A DNA stretch of 58,311 nt. Origin: Oopsacas minuta (Eukaryota > Animalia > Porifera). Below, piece after piece: positions 11,559 through 23,800 of this stretch; positions within the stretch are counted from its first letter, which is position 1; the number at the start of each line of letters is the position of its first letter. The notes beneath the pieces were generated by a model. That model did not search any database. It worked only from the letters and a program-made list of their open reading frames with translations, and was not told where the DNA came from. The translations under genes and the position numbers were made by a program. The stretch lies in assembly GCA_024704765.1 (NCBI GenBank), contig JAKMXF010000040.1, positions 1 through 58,311 of the forward strand, in the 5' to 3' direction.

Positions 11559-12462
11559 CTAGCTTTATGCCTGGCACCCATAAATTAGTCAAAATTGTAT
11601 ATAACTAGTATTTATGGTCTCAAAAACCTTTTCATCTTTGTTATCAAAAAAAGAAAATTTGGAAATAGAATGAGAATTTTGGAAATCCCATTCAAATATA
11701 GATTGCTAAATAAGTTGGTTGAATTTGAGTACTTTGGATCCTATTAATATCATACATCTCATACATGATTGTTGTATGACATTATTCCTTATCTGGGATA
11801 CTCTATAATCCAGGAGAATGATTCCGGAGTATTGTCATACTTCTGGTAGAATGTAACATTATCCGATAATCCGGGATCACAATTCGTACAAGTAGTATGT
11901 TGGTTGTTCAGTTCTAAAAGGCAACACGTGTAGAAACAATTATGTGGAAACAGGTTTTGAAGCTGTCCAATTATCCATAGTATATGTCAACGTGGTTCTT
12001 CTAATTGATTTCTATAATGATAATTCAAATTGGAATTCACTTGTTTGAGCAGCGTTAAATTGAGATTATATATATAAATTTAAACAATTTGTTTCCTTTA
12101 TTCATATCATAAAAACAATAATAAATTTGCATATAAAAACCTTGGAAACTCAAAATTCGGATTCAGCTTACTTACATACCCCTGGGTACCCGTTTAGAGC
12201 TATCATGTACGTGTATTTTGAGATTTGGCTACTTGTTTACGTTATATTCATAAAAACAACAATAAATTTACATATGATTAATCCAGAAGTGTGAAAATCG
12301 GGTTCGCATGTTCGATATATTTAGTGAAGTTTTATTGAATTCTTTTACTACCTTGATTAACACAATAAATACATAGTTATGCTAGAGTTTCAAAATTGCA
12401 TACCCTAAATCCTTCCCTTGACAACGGACAAACAAACAATCACTGAGATTGAATAATATAGA
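11559..12462 (-). mobile_element. Non-autonomous Helitron-like dispersed repeat (copy 1)
   Basis: The minus strand begins A|TCTATATTATT..TTGTTTGTTTGTCCG at 12462 and ends ..GGCATAAAGCTAG at 11559. About 850 bp is shared with 26415-27283. Confidence 0.5.
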
Positions 12463-13875
12463 TTAATCAAATACATAATGGGTCAGGATGGGTCAGATAA
12501 TGAACTACAGCGTGTGAACAACAAGAAGATTAAATAACTGTAAAACATATAATGTCGGTAAAAGGAGTAGTCAACAAGGCCATGAGTATACAGAAACCGT
12601 ATGGTTTATCACAGATGCATGGGGATAAATTCATTTCTAAACTCCAATAACTGTCTAATATCTCATTTTGGCATACTGGAAGAAGAGTTTTATGGATTTT
12701 GGAGTATTCAAGCTAATAGACAAATGCTTCTCATAATATAGACGCAAACTAGACGAAAGTTCAGCAACTTTATTCCGAGCTTCAATGTAGATGGAATGGG
12801 TAATTGAATTAGGTCTATGAAAATACATACTCCATATGTTTAAATACAGAATTGTTGAAATATGAAAACCCCATTCATAAAATGACCCTCTTTCTGAGAA
12901 CGCAAGCGAGAATGATATCGTATAGAGACCTGAAATCCTTCATAATAATTCAACAGACTAATTATGACTAAATTTTGCAGCCCAAACTTCAAGAATACTG
13001 TTCACAAGGTCATCTCTGATTGTGTTATATAGGAAACTAATCTTGGGCATCTTTTTGTAAAAGTTGGGTTGATAATCAAGGAATATAACGCTGTGGTCGC
13101 TGACTCTAAGAGGGGTCTAGCAAAAACGTACCTAACATGATAGGGAGGGAGGCGCTAGTGTATAGGCGGTCCAATCAATACCTCATAGACTAAAATCACC
13201 TAATCGAATCATGTTATTGTCTGGGATGGATCGAATAGTGTTACGCAAGATTGGGTACGATCATGTAAAGATTTGGCAAACGATAAAAACCGCTATAAAC
13301 AGATATTTGTAGAGGAAAATTCACTTAATTATAACAACGTGGAAGTCATGAACATTTTCTTATCAATATACACTGAAACACTATGAGTGTGAAGTTGGCA
13401 GCGAAATACATCGAGCACCCTTTAACACGTTATAATTATGTCTCCAGTGAAGTTAGAGAGATGCCATTTGGACTATACCAATACTATCCTGGGAGGTTTA
13501 TGTCATGTTATATATTATATATGATAATAGTGTATTTTTGTTGCCTACAATCACTCTAGTAGTTTAATAGAGATAGAGTAACCAGTATTACTTTACCAGC
13601 ACTTAATCTTATATATATAATCTAGTATACGTATATCTAAACACGCCAGAATGCTCAGGTAGACCTGAACAATTGTATACTTAAGTAACAGAGGTCGTAT
13701 ACATAAAATTGTAAAAATGTGAGGAAAGACCCATCAAAAACACATGAAGATGAAATAAGGAAAAGAAAAGTATAATTGGAGAATACCAATAATAAACAAA
13801 TAGTAATGGAAAAGTAATTAATAAATAAGCAAAGAAATTATTCAAATGACAAAAATGAACTATGGAAATTCACCT

Positions 13876-14510
13876 AACGCTTTCATTTGTTCGAATTTGC
13901 ATGTTGTCATTTGTTAGAAATGATGAGGCTGTCAAATGTTCAATTAATCATTTCCAATGTTGTCATTTATTCGGCTAGTATTCAAAATCTCGCACTTTTT
14001 CCAAACATATTTACAAACTTTCTACCATTTTCTACATATGTATCCATATTATGCAACATTATACATCTGCTTCTACATTATCTATAAAACTAAAAAGAGA
14101 CTTCAAAAATAGCTGAAAATCTAAAAAATCCCTGGTCCAAATTTCCCAAATATATAACACAGAGCCACTTACAGTCGTTTACCAGAGGTAATAACAGTTA
14201 AAAACACTGTGATCCCATTGTCCATCCTATAAATACAATACCTGCTATCCAGAACAGTAAACAGCAATCAGAACAAAACATTCATCACCATTAGGTTAGT
14301 ATAAAGATCCCCGATTCCCTCTTCTTACAACCTATTGCTAACGAACCTAGTAAATATCCCGTGATGATTCCGTACTATCTCATAAATCCCGCGATTTCTA
14401 CCAGTCGGACAAATGACAACATTTGGAAAATACAAGTCGAACAAATGATGCATCTGAAATAACTAGTCGAACATATGACAACCTCATTATATCGAACAAA
14501 TGCAGTGCCC
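13876..14510. mobile_element. MITE with ~110-bp imperfect TIRs built of tcatttgttcga sub-repeats, inserted in the 3' flank of the NHL gene at 14549
   Basis: 13878-13980 is the inverse of 14400-14510. Flank homology to the 3' region of the NHL gene at 49952 resumes at about 13860. Confidence 0.6.
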
Positions 14511-14548
14511 TCAAAATCACAACACATAAACATAGATAGATTTGTATA

Positions 14549-15421
14549 TCAAAATATATGTAGAAAGTTCACATTATGATGACACACTACTATAACTCTG
14601 TCATGATTGTCTACTGTTACTGCTGTTGGTTGCTCAGAGACTGGAATATGGTGAATTGATTGAAATTCTGGGTTGAAGATGGCAATAGAATTAGAGTTAT
14701 AATCAGCAATTAGAATGTTGTTAGAATTGTCAATAAAGAAAGATCGGGGATTAATGACCTGATTTCCTTTTCCTCGCGAAATTACACTCTTCAGGAGTAT
14801 GTGGTTATGATTGAATAGATGGATACAAGGATTTGATTTATCTGACACAATAATGTATTCATTAGAGAGTTTAACATCACTAGGGTATTTGAATGAACTT
14901 AATTGTGATTTGTATTTGAAATCTTGTGAGAGTATTTGAACTCGATTGTTATGATAATCACAAATGTAAATATCATCATTAGATTCATTGATTGCCATAC
15001 CCCAAGGAATGCCGAATTCTAATTCACCATTTCCCTGTTTACCAATTCTAGAAATAAGTTCACCATCAAGATTATAATTCAGTATACCATGGTAATGAGT
15101 AATTAGAATCCTACTCCTACAAATAACTAATCTTCTTGGATAGGTCATGTTTCCTTCTCCTGTACTATCACCAAATTTGAACATATACTTAGCAGTACTG
15201 TCAAATACTTTAACACAGTCATCAAAAGAATCTAATATATAAATATCCCCAGTTATGTCATCTACTGCAACACAATTTGGATACTTGAGTTCCTCATTTC
15301 CATTTCCTCCCTTACAAATACTCACTAGAGGTTGTATCTTACTCGAGTAGTCAATTCCAGTTCTCACTCTCTCTAAATTATCCTCAACAGATTCTAGTCC
15401 AATAGGATTAGATGTGGCCAT
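14549..15421 (-). CDS. NHL-repeat six-blade beta-propeller protein, subfamily A (NHL-1), 290 aa, intact
   Basis: Intact ORF. NHL blades CVAVDDITGDIYILD, PWGMAINESNDDIYICD and PTAVTVDNHDRVIV. Confidence 0.9.
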   Translation of the reverse strand: MATSNPIGLESVEDNLERVRTGIDYSSKIQPLVSICKGGNGNEELKYPNCVAVDDITGDIYILDSFDDCVKVFDSTAKYMFKFGDSTGEGNMTYPRRLVICRSRILITHYHGILNYNLDGELISRIGKQGNGELEFGIPWGMAINESNDDIYICDYHNNRVQILSQDFKYKSQLSSFKYPSDVKLSNEYIIVSDKSNPCIHLFNHNHILLKSVISRGKGNQVINPRSFFIDNSNNILIADYNSNSIAIFNPEFQSIHHIPVSEQPTAVTVDNHDRVIVVCHHNVNFLHIF

Positions 15422-17058
15422 TATTGCTAAATATTTATAGGAGTATGAATTAATACAAATAGTCAGTAGACATACATGTAGCTCATGGTCATATACGAAA
15501 AATTACTAGTGATAATAGTCGATGAAAATGGTATAACAGTTAAATGTAAAGTACGTATACTTCACAGATTCTTGTAATTGGTTGAATGTTACTCATTTGG
15601 GTTTGTTATAATGCACAGTGGACTTGTTACATGGAGTGCTAGCAGGGTGACCAGATGTCATCCTTTGGGAAGGTCAGTGCGTTGTAGCCTCGCTAATCCG
15701 AACAGCATAGTCCCAATTGCAAAATATATCGTTCTGGCTAGCGAAATTGAATAAAACTATACTATAGTCTCTAGGAGTACATTGCTTTGGAAGTAGTCAA
15801 TTGAAAGGCCTTCGAAGTATGTAATATTGCACAATTAGGGTTGTTGATGGTTCTTCAACTTCTAAGACCGGTTATCGTCTCTCTTCTAACTCAATACTTT
15901 GGTAATACCAGGGTATTATGATTCTAGTGATTGCAAGGTTTTAATTCAAAATATGACATCATAGGAAAATTCACTTATCGAAAATTCAATATTTGAATTT
16001 CTCTAATTTCGTATTTAATTCGAATAAATATTCACCAAATATGTTTATAAATCAATACGTCATCACGTCTTCATATGTTACTCCGATTATTTCATGAATG
16101 GATTTTTAGAAATATATTTTTAATGTACAAATTATAAATTGTGAAATCTTTGCTGTAATAAGCTATCTTTGAACTTAGATTATCTTAATTGTAAAGCAAA
16201 TGAACAAATCAATTATCCTAAAATCAACTAGGATATTACGTGTCTTTGTTACACAAAAAATGCAAACACTAAAGTGGTATAAATGAACTAATCATCGCAT
16301 AATTGCGCCTAAACTTGATGAAGATGACTGTTTGAACTTTTACATTAGTCTAAGTTGATTCCTTAGATGTCCTTACCCTGAAAAGGTTCAATTCAAAACA
16401 TTGAAGGAAAAATCTTTCTTTAATGAAACATATAAAATTTAACTCTTATCTTATTCTATGCATAATTTGGCAGCATTGTTCTGATTCAGTACCCGAATAT
16501 GATATATTTTGGATAGCCTGTGTCAAATTTAAGATTCCGGGAAATATTCACAGGTATTTGAGAACTGGGTTCACCACTAATCAGGGGTTCATGTCTGCAA
16601 TAGAATTGGATACAATTAAGTATTTTGGAAAAAGAATTTATGGAATTGGGGCAAAACAGTTGTGTATTCTAGCTTAAGAACAAACTAAGCTATAATTTGA
16701 TGCGATGAAATACCGACAAGAACAAGCGTTACTGCTATTCAAAGGTTCCCGCAGAGTAAAGATGGAGGTCCCAAATGCTTGAATATATTCATGGTTATAA
16801 TATAAATTATAAACATGAATAAATTATTGTTTGTTTGTTTATCTGTCTGTTCATTGTCAAAAGAAAGGAGTATTGATTTGCTACTATTAGATTGAATTAG
16901 CATTTCCAGATGTTACTTAGCAAAAACTCAGCACAGTGCCAAAACTGGGGTTCACAGAATCGTAAAACTAGATTTGCTGACTTGTAGTCTATTGGAGGGA
17001 TTAGTTTATGACATAACCGTCTCTCCGGGGGTGCTACATAATGAAAGTAACTACTCAC

Positions 17059-17215
17059 CTTTATCTAGAATTAAGACAATAAATATTTAGAAATATCTTT
17101 AGTAGAATAAAATATAATAATATTAACAGAAATATAAAATCAGAATAACATCAAGTTATATAATTACTGATATACATATAGTAATGTGATACTACTGTAT
17201 TCTCTTGTACATATT
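17059..17215 (-). repeat. Exon-like ~157-bp dispersed repeat, copy 1 (CAG| ... |GTGAGT)
   Basis: Shared with six other copies and flanked by canonical acceptor and donor on the minus strand. Confidence 0.8.
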
Positions 17216-18032
17216 CTGATACTTAATAAATTGTGTTATGACCAAGATTATTACAGATGTGTGCAGTTATAGAGAACTAAACGAATGATAAATCGAACCC
17301 TCCAACTCCCTGAACGAAACAAATTATTGGAGTCAGTCGTGTCCTGCTGTGGGAGCGAGTTGGAGCGCCGCTCCCATACTTGTTTAAACAAATCAAATTA
17401 TCAAGTAACAGTAGTTCACAAGTTACTGAATTTGTGTACCTGATATCTACAGTAGCATACAATCAATATTTGAAAGAAATTGAAATTTGTTCCAAATATT
17501 TTTAAGTTGAGTTAAGAGAGGAAATGTTTACTATAAAATATATTTCTTCATTCATAAACCCTTTGCAAGTCTATACTATGCCATGATTTTGAAACCACTT
17601 GCGTTACTAGTAAGTAGTACTTTGGTCGTATATGCTGTACCCTGCTGCGCCCCTGGCTATGGGCTATGGCTCTAAACATTTTTTTCAGGTAGTTTAGTGA
17701 TAGTCAACTTCCTATTCACTATTTTAGTTCATTCTTTACGCTTCTAGGTCATTTTAGATAGCATAGAGGCTACATGAATAGCACTTGATAGCATCCATAA
17801 ATTGTCTGATGCTACATCTTAGGGTATTGATAAGCTATACCCTGATTACAGTAAAAATATGAGACAACACTATCCTATTAGACTTCGGAGGACATAAGGA
17901 AATTGTGAATATTTTCGTAATTTCTCGAAGTTGCTAATATTGAATTTTTTGCAAGATATTATCTAAAATATATATTAGTGATAATTGTAGTCTTATTTTC
18001 TTTCAGTAAAATTAGATAATTTTCTGTCTCAG

Positions 18033-20385
18033 ATGACGTCAAATGAATCAAGTTCAAGTTATGAAGAACATGTCCTCAATGAGCAGTGAGATTTCTCAGA
18101 CTCCTTTTTAGATTCAGATGATATCTCCTATATTTCATCGCCTCCTGTACCTTCTCTTGATACTACCTTACTTCTATATCCATCTCAAAATGAATCTACC
18201 TCTGAGACAGTAATTAGTCCAATATCTCCAGGGATTTCACAATCACTCACCTCTCTTGGATTGTCTCCTACCACTTCGAAATTGGTAAACACATGGGACG
18301 CCCCCGAAAACGTCGGATCTTTGGAAATAAATATAAAACTTGTACATCATCTCTTACAGATTTGGAAGACCAATCATAAACCTTATCGCAAATCACCTAA
18401 ACCAAAGAACCAGAAATACGTAAAGGTACTCCATCACAGAGGTTACATTTCAAAATTTCGCATTCCGCCAACGACGCGATCTAAACCTGTGTTACTGCAT
18501 TCAGGCTCATGAGAAAAGGTGAGAAATGCACACAGACCAACTGATATGAGAATTCTTGATGTTGGCATCCTAGCAGAGGTATTCTCTACCTTTATTTGCG
18601 CCGAATGTGTTGGGAGTCTTTCTCATTATGAAGAAAAATGGATTCATGGTTGGCAGACCTTTACAGAGTCAAATGTAATAGATGTCACAAAGAATATGCT
18701 ACCTTCCTTCTTCACGCTCTCTCGATATTCCTAGCCACCATACATGTGTCAATATGCCATTTATACCCAGTGATATGAATGAAGTTACGATGAGGTCAGT
18801 TATGGCTGTACACTCTACTGCTATGTCGTGGCGTAATTTTCACAAGCTATCTACAATATTTGATATGCCCCCACCAGTTCAGAGCATGCCATCTCCATAT
18901 CTGAATCGTCTTGAAAATGTTACTAAATTTGCAGTAGGGACTGCCATGTCTGATGCCGCTCAACGGCTACACCAGAGATCAGACTGTGAAGTATCACCTG
19001 AATCTAATGCTACCAACATAGCAGTCAGCTTCGATAGCTCCTGGAAGACCAGAGGATTTATTCCAAAATAGGTTTCGGTGCTGTTATCTCTACCGACACC
19101 AAGAAGGTACTGGACTACGAAATCACGAGTCGTCTCTACGAGAAGTGCTCTGTCTGGACAGAAGAGAAGCGGAAAGATAGACCAGCCGAGTACGAGAAGT
19201 GGTTAGATTGTCATAGGCTAAACTGCAACCAAAACTACACTGGATCTTCTCAGAGTATGCAGAAACAGCCAAGAGGATTTGGGGACGCTCCTTAGTGAAG
19301 AATCACCTGGCATACTCGGTTTTTGTTGGAGATGGAGATTCAAAAAGTTTTCAGCAGGTGGAAGATCCAAATCCATACACTCTTGTCAAGGTTCGAAAGG
19401 AGGAATGTAAAACGCATGTAGTTAAGCGGCTGAAGCGAGCTCTGAAGAAGAAGAAGAGAAGTACAAAAATTCTACTTATGTACAATACGCACTAACTGAA
19501 TGGAAGGCTGACTATATCGCTGCAAATTATTCTACAGTGATCTATCAACACCGTGGCTTAGCATCAACCAAGCTGTGTTCTGCTCTACACATACTAGTTG
19601 ATCATGTGGCAGGGGATCATTCGAGCTATCCTACTGGAGGACAATCTTGATGTAGATGGAGAAACCCATCAAGCTCTTCAGCACCTACTGCTCTTACAAC
19701 CTTCAAACCTATTGATATAGAAAAGGTACGGGAAGTATTCAATACTTATGCCTCACAAGAATTCTGTAACCATCTCACATTAGGACTAACACAAAATGCT
19801 GATGAATCTCTACACAACACTATATGGAGTCTCTGTCCCAAGAGCAAGTACTTATCACCACAATCTATTAGGATAAGCACCGCTATCCTAATCCTAACCT
19901 TCAACGAAGGGGAATTTTCACTATTCAGACTCCTGACTGACCTTGGCCTGTCTCCCTCTTGGCGGACTTATAATGCTATTCTCAAACGAGAATACTGGTC
20001 AGATTATTCTCGATGTGCTCAGAAGAAGTCTAATTATCAAAGACGAAGAAGAAAAGCGAGATTATTCAGACAATATATAGAGAGTGCTCTGTTGAAAACA
20101 GAAGGCTGAAGAAGTTATAAAGGGGGACAGTTTGGGTCTGAGAATGCCCCAAAGTAGAAATGTGCAAAGAGAAGAATGAGACAACTTAGTGTCTCTCCTG
20201 TCACTTCACAGTCTTCGTCTGATTCATCCAGCAGTTCAGACTCTGGTATCCTGTGTAGCAATTGCAATCAAAGAGACCCCATACCAGTACCATTGAGGAG
20301 AGTGGGTAAAAAGGAACCATCGGAGTGGGTCATGTGTGATACATGTGAAGATTGGGTACACTGTTATTGTACCGATGTGGTCATA
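18033..20385 (+). mobile_element. Decayed 'Mutator-like' (PF20700-type) DDE transposase gene with a C-terminal PHD finger
   Basis: Frameshifted segments read VSFDSSWKTRGF, VISTDTKKVLDYE, NYTGSSQSM, YSVFVGDGDSKSF, KEECKTHVVKRL, TQNADESLHNTIW. PHD: CSNC..WVMCDTCEDWVHCYC, truncated at about 20385. Confidence 0.8.
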
Positions 20386-20388
20386 GAA

Positions 20389-20610
20389 ATATATTTCATT
20401 GCTTCAATAGAAGGTATTATCGCAGCCACTTTAGCCTCGATATAACGGGAGTAGACTAACAGGAGCATCACTATAGACAAGTTAACAAGTGTATTAAATT
20501 GCAGTACATTAACTGAGTGTGCTCTCTCATTAGATTACACATAATTATAAGGATTTATCTATATTATGCATAAAATTTAATATTGTTACTAGAAAAGTAG
20601 TTCTGATACA
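20389..20610. repeat. ~220-bp duplicated segment (second copy 29244-29466)
   Basis: atatatttcattgcttcaatagaaggtattatcg ... ctagaaaagtagttctgataca is near-identical at both sites. Confidence 0.85.
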
Positions 20611-20835
20611 CCCAAGAGCGTGGCCAGCATAGAATCTAGGGAGGTCAAAGTGACCAGTTGCGAGCGTAGCGAGCATTTTTGGGGTTTGTTTCAGGTCGCG
20701 TTTCCATTATCTGGGCTCACCATGATAGGGATTGCGTTGCCTGAATAACCTCCGGGTAGAGGTCCCCACAAAGTTCGATGTACCTTGCCTTTGAGCGTTT
20801 TCGAATGATGGAAAATAGTCGTGAAACGCTAAGAA

Positions 20836-23800
20836 TTAGTCAGAAGAGTGCAATAGGTAGAATACAGCATTGAGTGACCCGATGAAAGTGTCGCAGTCCC
20901 AAAGTTGGATAATTGGTTTTCTCATTTCGTCATATTTGTAGAATTGCCCGTTTTGGTAAAGGATTGAATAGAAGTGTCTACTACTCAATATACTAAAGCC
21001 AGCAAGTTGGTAGTGAAGTGTCCGTTGGTTGTGACTGATGGTAAAGTGTTTGTCAATATCACCTACAAAAATGTCTGGCAATTCGGGTAGATGTCCGATT
21101 TCAATTGTTAGCATGACAGGTATTGACTTGAATTGACCAGATATCCTCTCTAAGACAGCAGTAGTTGATCCACAAGACTTGCATTTAATAGGAACGAGAC
21201 TTCGATTAACAGATGATTCCAGGTTTGTAATAACGCCTCCTATATTACTAATCATGGATTGTGTCTCAAAGATTGGTGCTTTGGTGGCATTGGAAGATAG
21301 TGAAATATTTGTCGTTGCACAAATCTTCTGTTCGTAAATATTTGATGATGTTACCCTCTGATCCAAAGAAATCGTAAGACCGTATCAATCCTGAGGAATC
21401 ATAAAAAACTTCAAGCCCAATTTTGTAGCAACATATTCTCGAAGTTTCTCAAATTCACAATTAGCAGCCAATTGGAATATGTAGTGGAATTTAGCTTCAA
21501 TATGTGTACTTCCGATTAACTTCAGTGAGTCTATGATGGTTGCTTTATTCGAACTAAGAATAGCCAATATACTGTCGATAGAACAGGTGTTAGATTGCAC
21601 GATGTTGTTATACTCTCCTCCATTTAGGATATGTATAAGATCTGATGTATTTTGTATAGATTGTTCTGGTATTTCAATGATCTCATGAACTTGCTCAGTT
21701 GGGAATATTAACTCAATTATTACTGGTAATAGAACAGCAATTGGATAGTCAAGATCTCTTCGCGTCTCTTCAGGTATTTCAGGAGGATAAGAGGAACGAT
21801 ATTCTGTGTACCAATTACCGGCTGATACAGCAAGTTTCTCCTTAATCTCAAAATTTAGTTCGTTGGGTGGATGGTAAGAATATAGTAAATTCAATGAAGT
21901 TAGAGATGCAGCTTTTGTAGCGAGTTTCTCATGTAGTTGGGTTAAGTAGGTGTTATTGATAAGGGCTGATAGTATTCGAGGTTTCAATTGAAGTAGCTCA
22001 GAGTCGATATTTTCATAGATTGAGTGTTGTTGCAGTGTTTCAAATGTTTCTTCCATGGTATCCAGGTTCAATATATCATCCAATGAATCTAAATACATAA
22101 TAAATATGTGAAATGTAGGATTGCCATTACGTATTAATCGAATCAATACAGAACACAACTAGTTTTCTATGTACGTAATCATGGGCTGAGCCAATTAGTT
22201 ATAGTTCAGTACAATATTGTCTCGCTAATATTTTTACCGCTAGGAGGGAATTTGCAAGATCTTTTGGGCTTCTTTGATTTGCCTGTCTTCGTTCGAACCT
22301 GCCTTTTTTTCGTTCATGCGAGAATGATATTTTCGTGATAGATGGATAGGTAGTTTTGTTGTTTTGCTATCTGGGTCTTTGCGAGCAACTAGGTGGCTTA
22401 GTTTAACTTTCTCTATCGTATATGGTCCCAAATATTTCCTTGCATCTTTTGTTCCTGGGAGTCGCTTGGCTTTCTTTATATTATGTACAAGTACTTCATC
22501 TCCTTTCCACAAATTCTGATCTAAAGTTAAAACAGTGATTATAATTATACAAAGAATTATAATCTGCCAATTACGTACAGTTTGTAATGATGCTAATTTT
22601 ATAACTAAAAGTAAGTGTTTTGGAATTCAAGAATTCATATAGTTGAGGAAACAATAAATTAGTTCCGATTTAAGATTATTTCATATTTACCTGATTATAC
22701 AACAGTCAGTTAATTCAATTTAATTTTAGTAAGAGATGATGTATGAAATTCCAACATGTTACATCACAACAAGAATGTGTTTCTTTATTACTTACCTGTT
22801 GTGTTTAACTTTGCTGTCATATGTTTTCTTTTGAACTTTCTGACCAGCCTTGATGTTTTCAATAGCAGTCATCCTGTCAGCTTTACGTGTGGAAGAAAGA
22901 TTTTCTATCCATTCGTTATCAATTATAGGAAAGTCGAATGAGCGTGGTTCGTTTGCATCCATTTGAATATTCTCATCTTCTGATACTTCTGCCTCTGAGA
23001 TATCAGCTTCGGTTAGTAATCTGGGGTTAGTTGGAGAAGTGATAAGATTGAGAAGGTTAGATGAATCAAAGTCTCTCCCAAACATGAGATAAAAGGGTGT
23101 GTAGCTTGTAGAGATTTTGGTTTGAGTATTTGCTGCTAGTACTGCTGTCTGTAATTTCTCTGTCCATTCAGTGTCCCATCAGATTGCATCTTGTTGATTT
23201 TTCTATTTGTAAAAAGTGTTAAATAGATTCAAAGCTATCTAATTATAAACGTATGTTAGGCTTATAATATATATACATTTATATTTAGCATCAATACTCA
23301 CGTTTTCAATATTTTGTTGTATGACTCAACAAGCCCGTTACTTTGTGGGTGGTATGCTGTGGTTCTTCTGGTGTTCACATTTATCTTCTTGTGAAATTCT
23401 TGAAATTCCTATTTTGAAAGTAAATAAGAGAACAATAACAATCTACTACACGCATGTATTTAGTTTTGTACAACAATAGTTAGAAAGATAAAACGATTAA
23501 TAAGGTATATTTTCCATCTGAAGGTAGTAGCATTAATTCGGAAATTCTTATTTATTAGTATTTAACATAAATTAAAATCCAATTTTCCACACGGTTTCTT
23601 AAATATAGCCATCAGGACGCACAATATCCTACCAGGGTATATAGTGAAGCAATGCGTTGACAATTGACAATGCAACTTGTTACGTACGTATATCCAATAT
23701 AGTAAGTTGTATTGTGTATCAGGAATAACTTACTTGGTGTATTTACAATTACTAATCTCGAGTATGTAAAAAATATGAGTTATCTTGCTTGAGAATTCTG

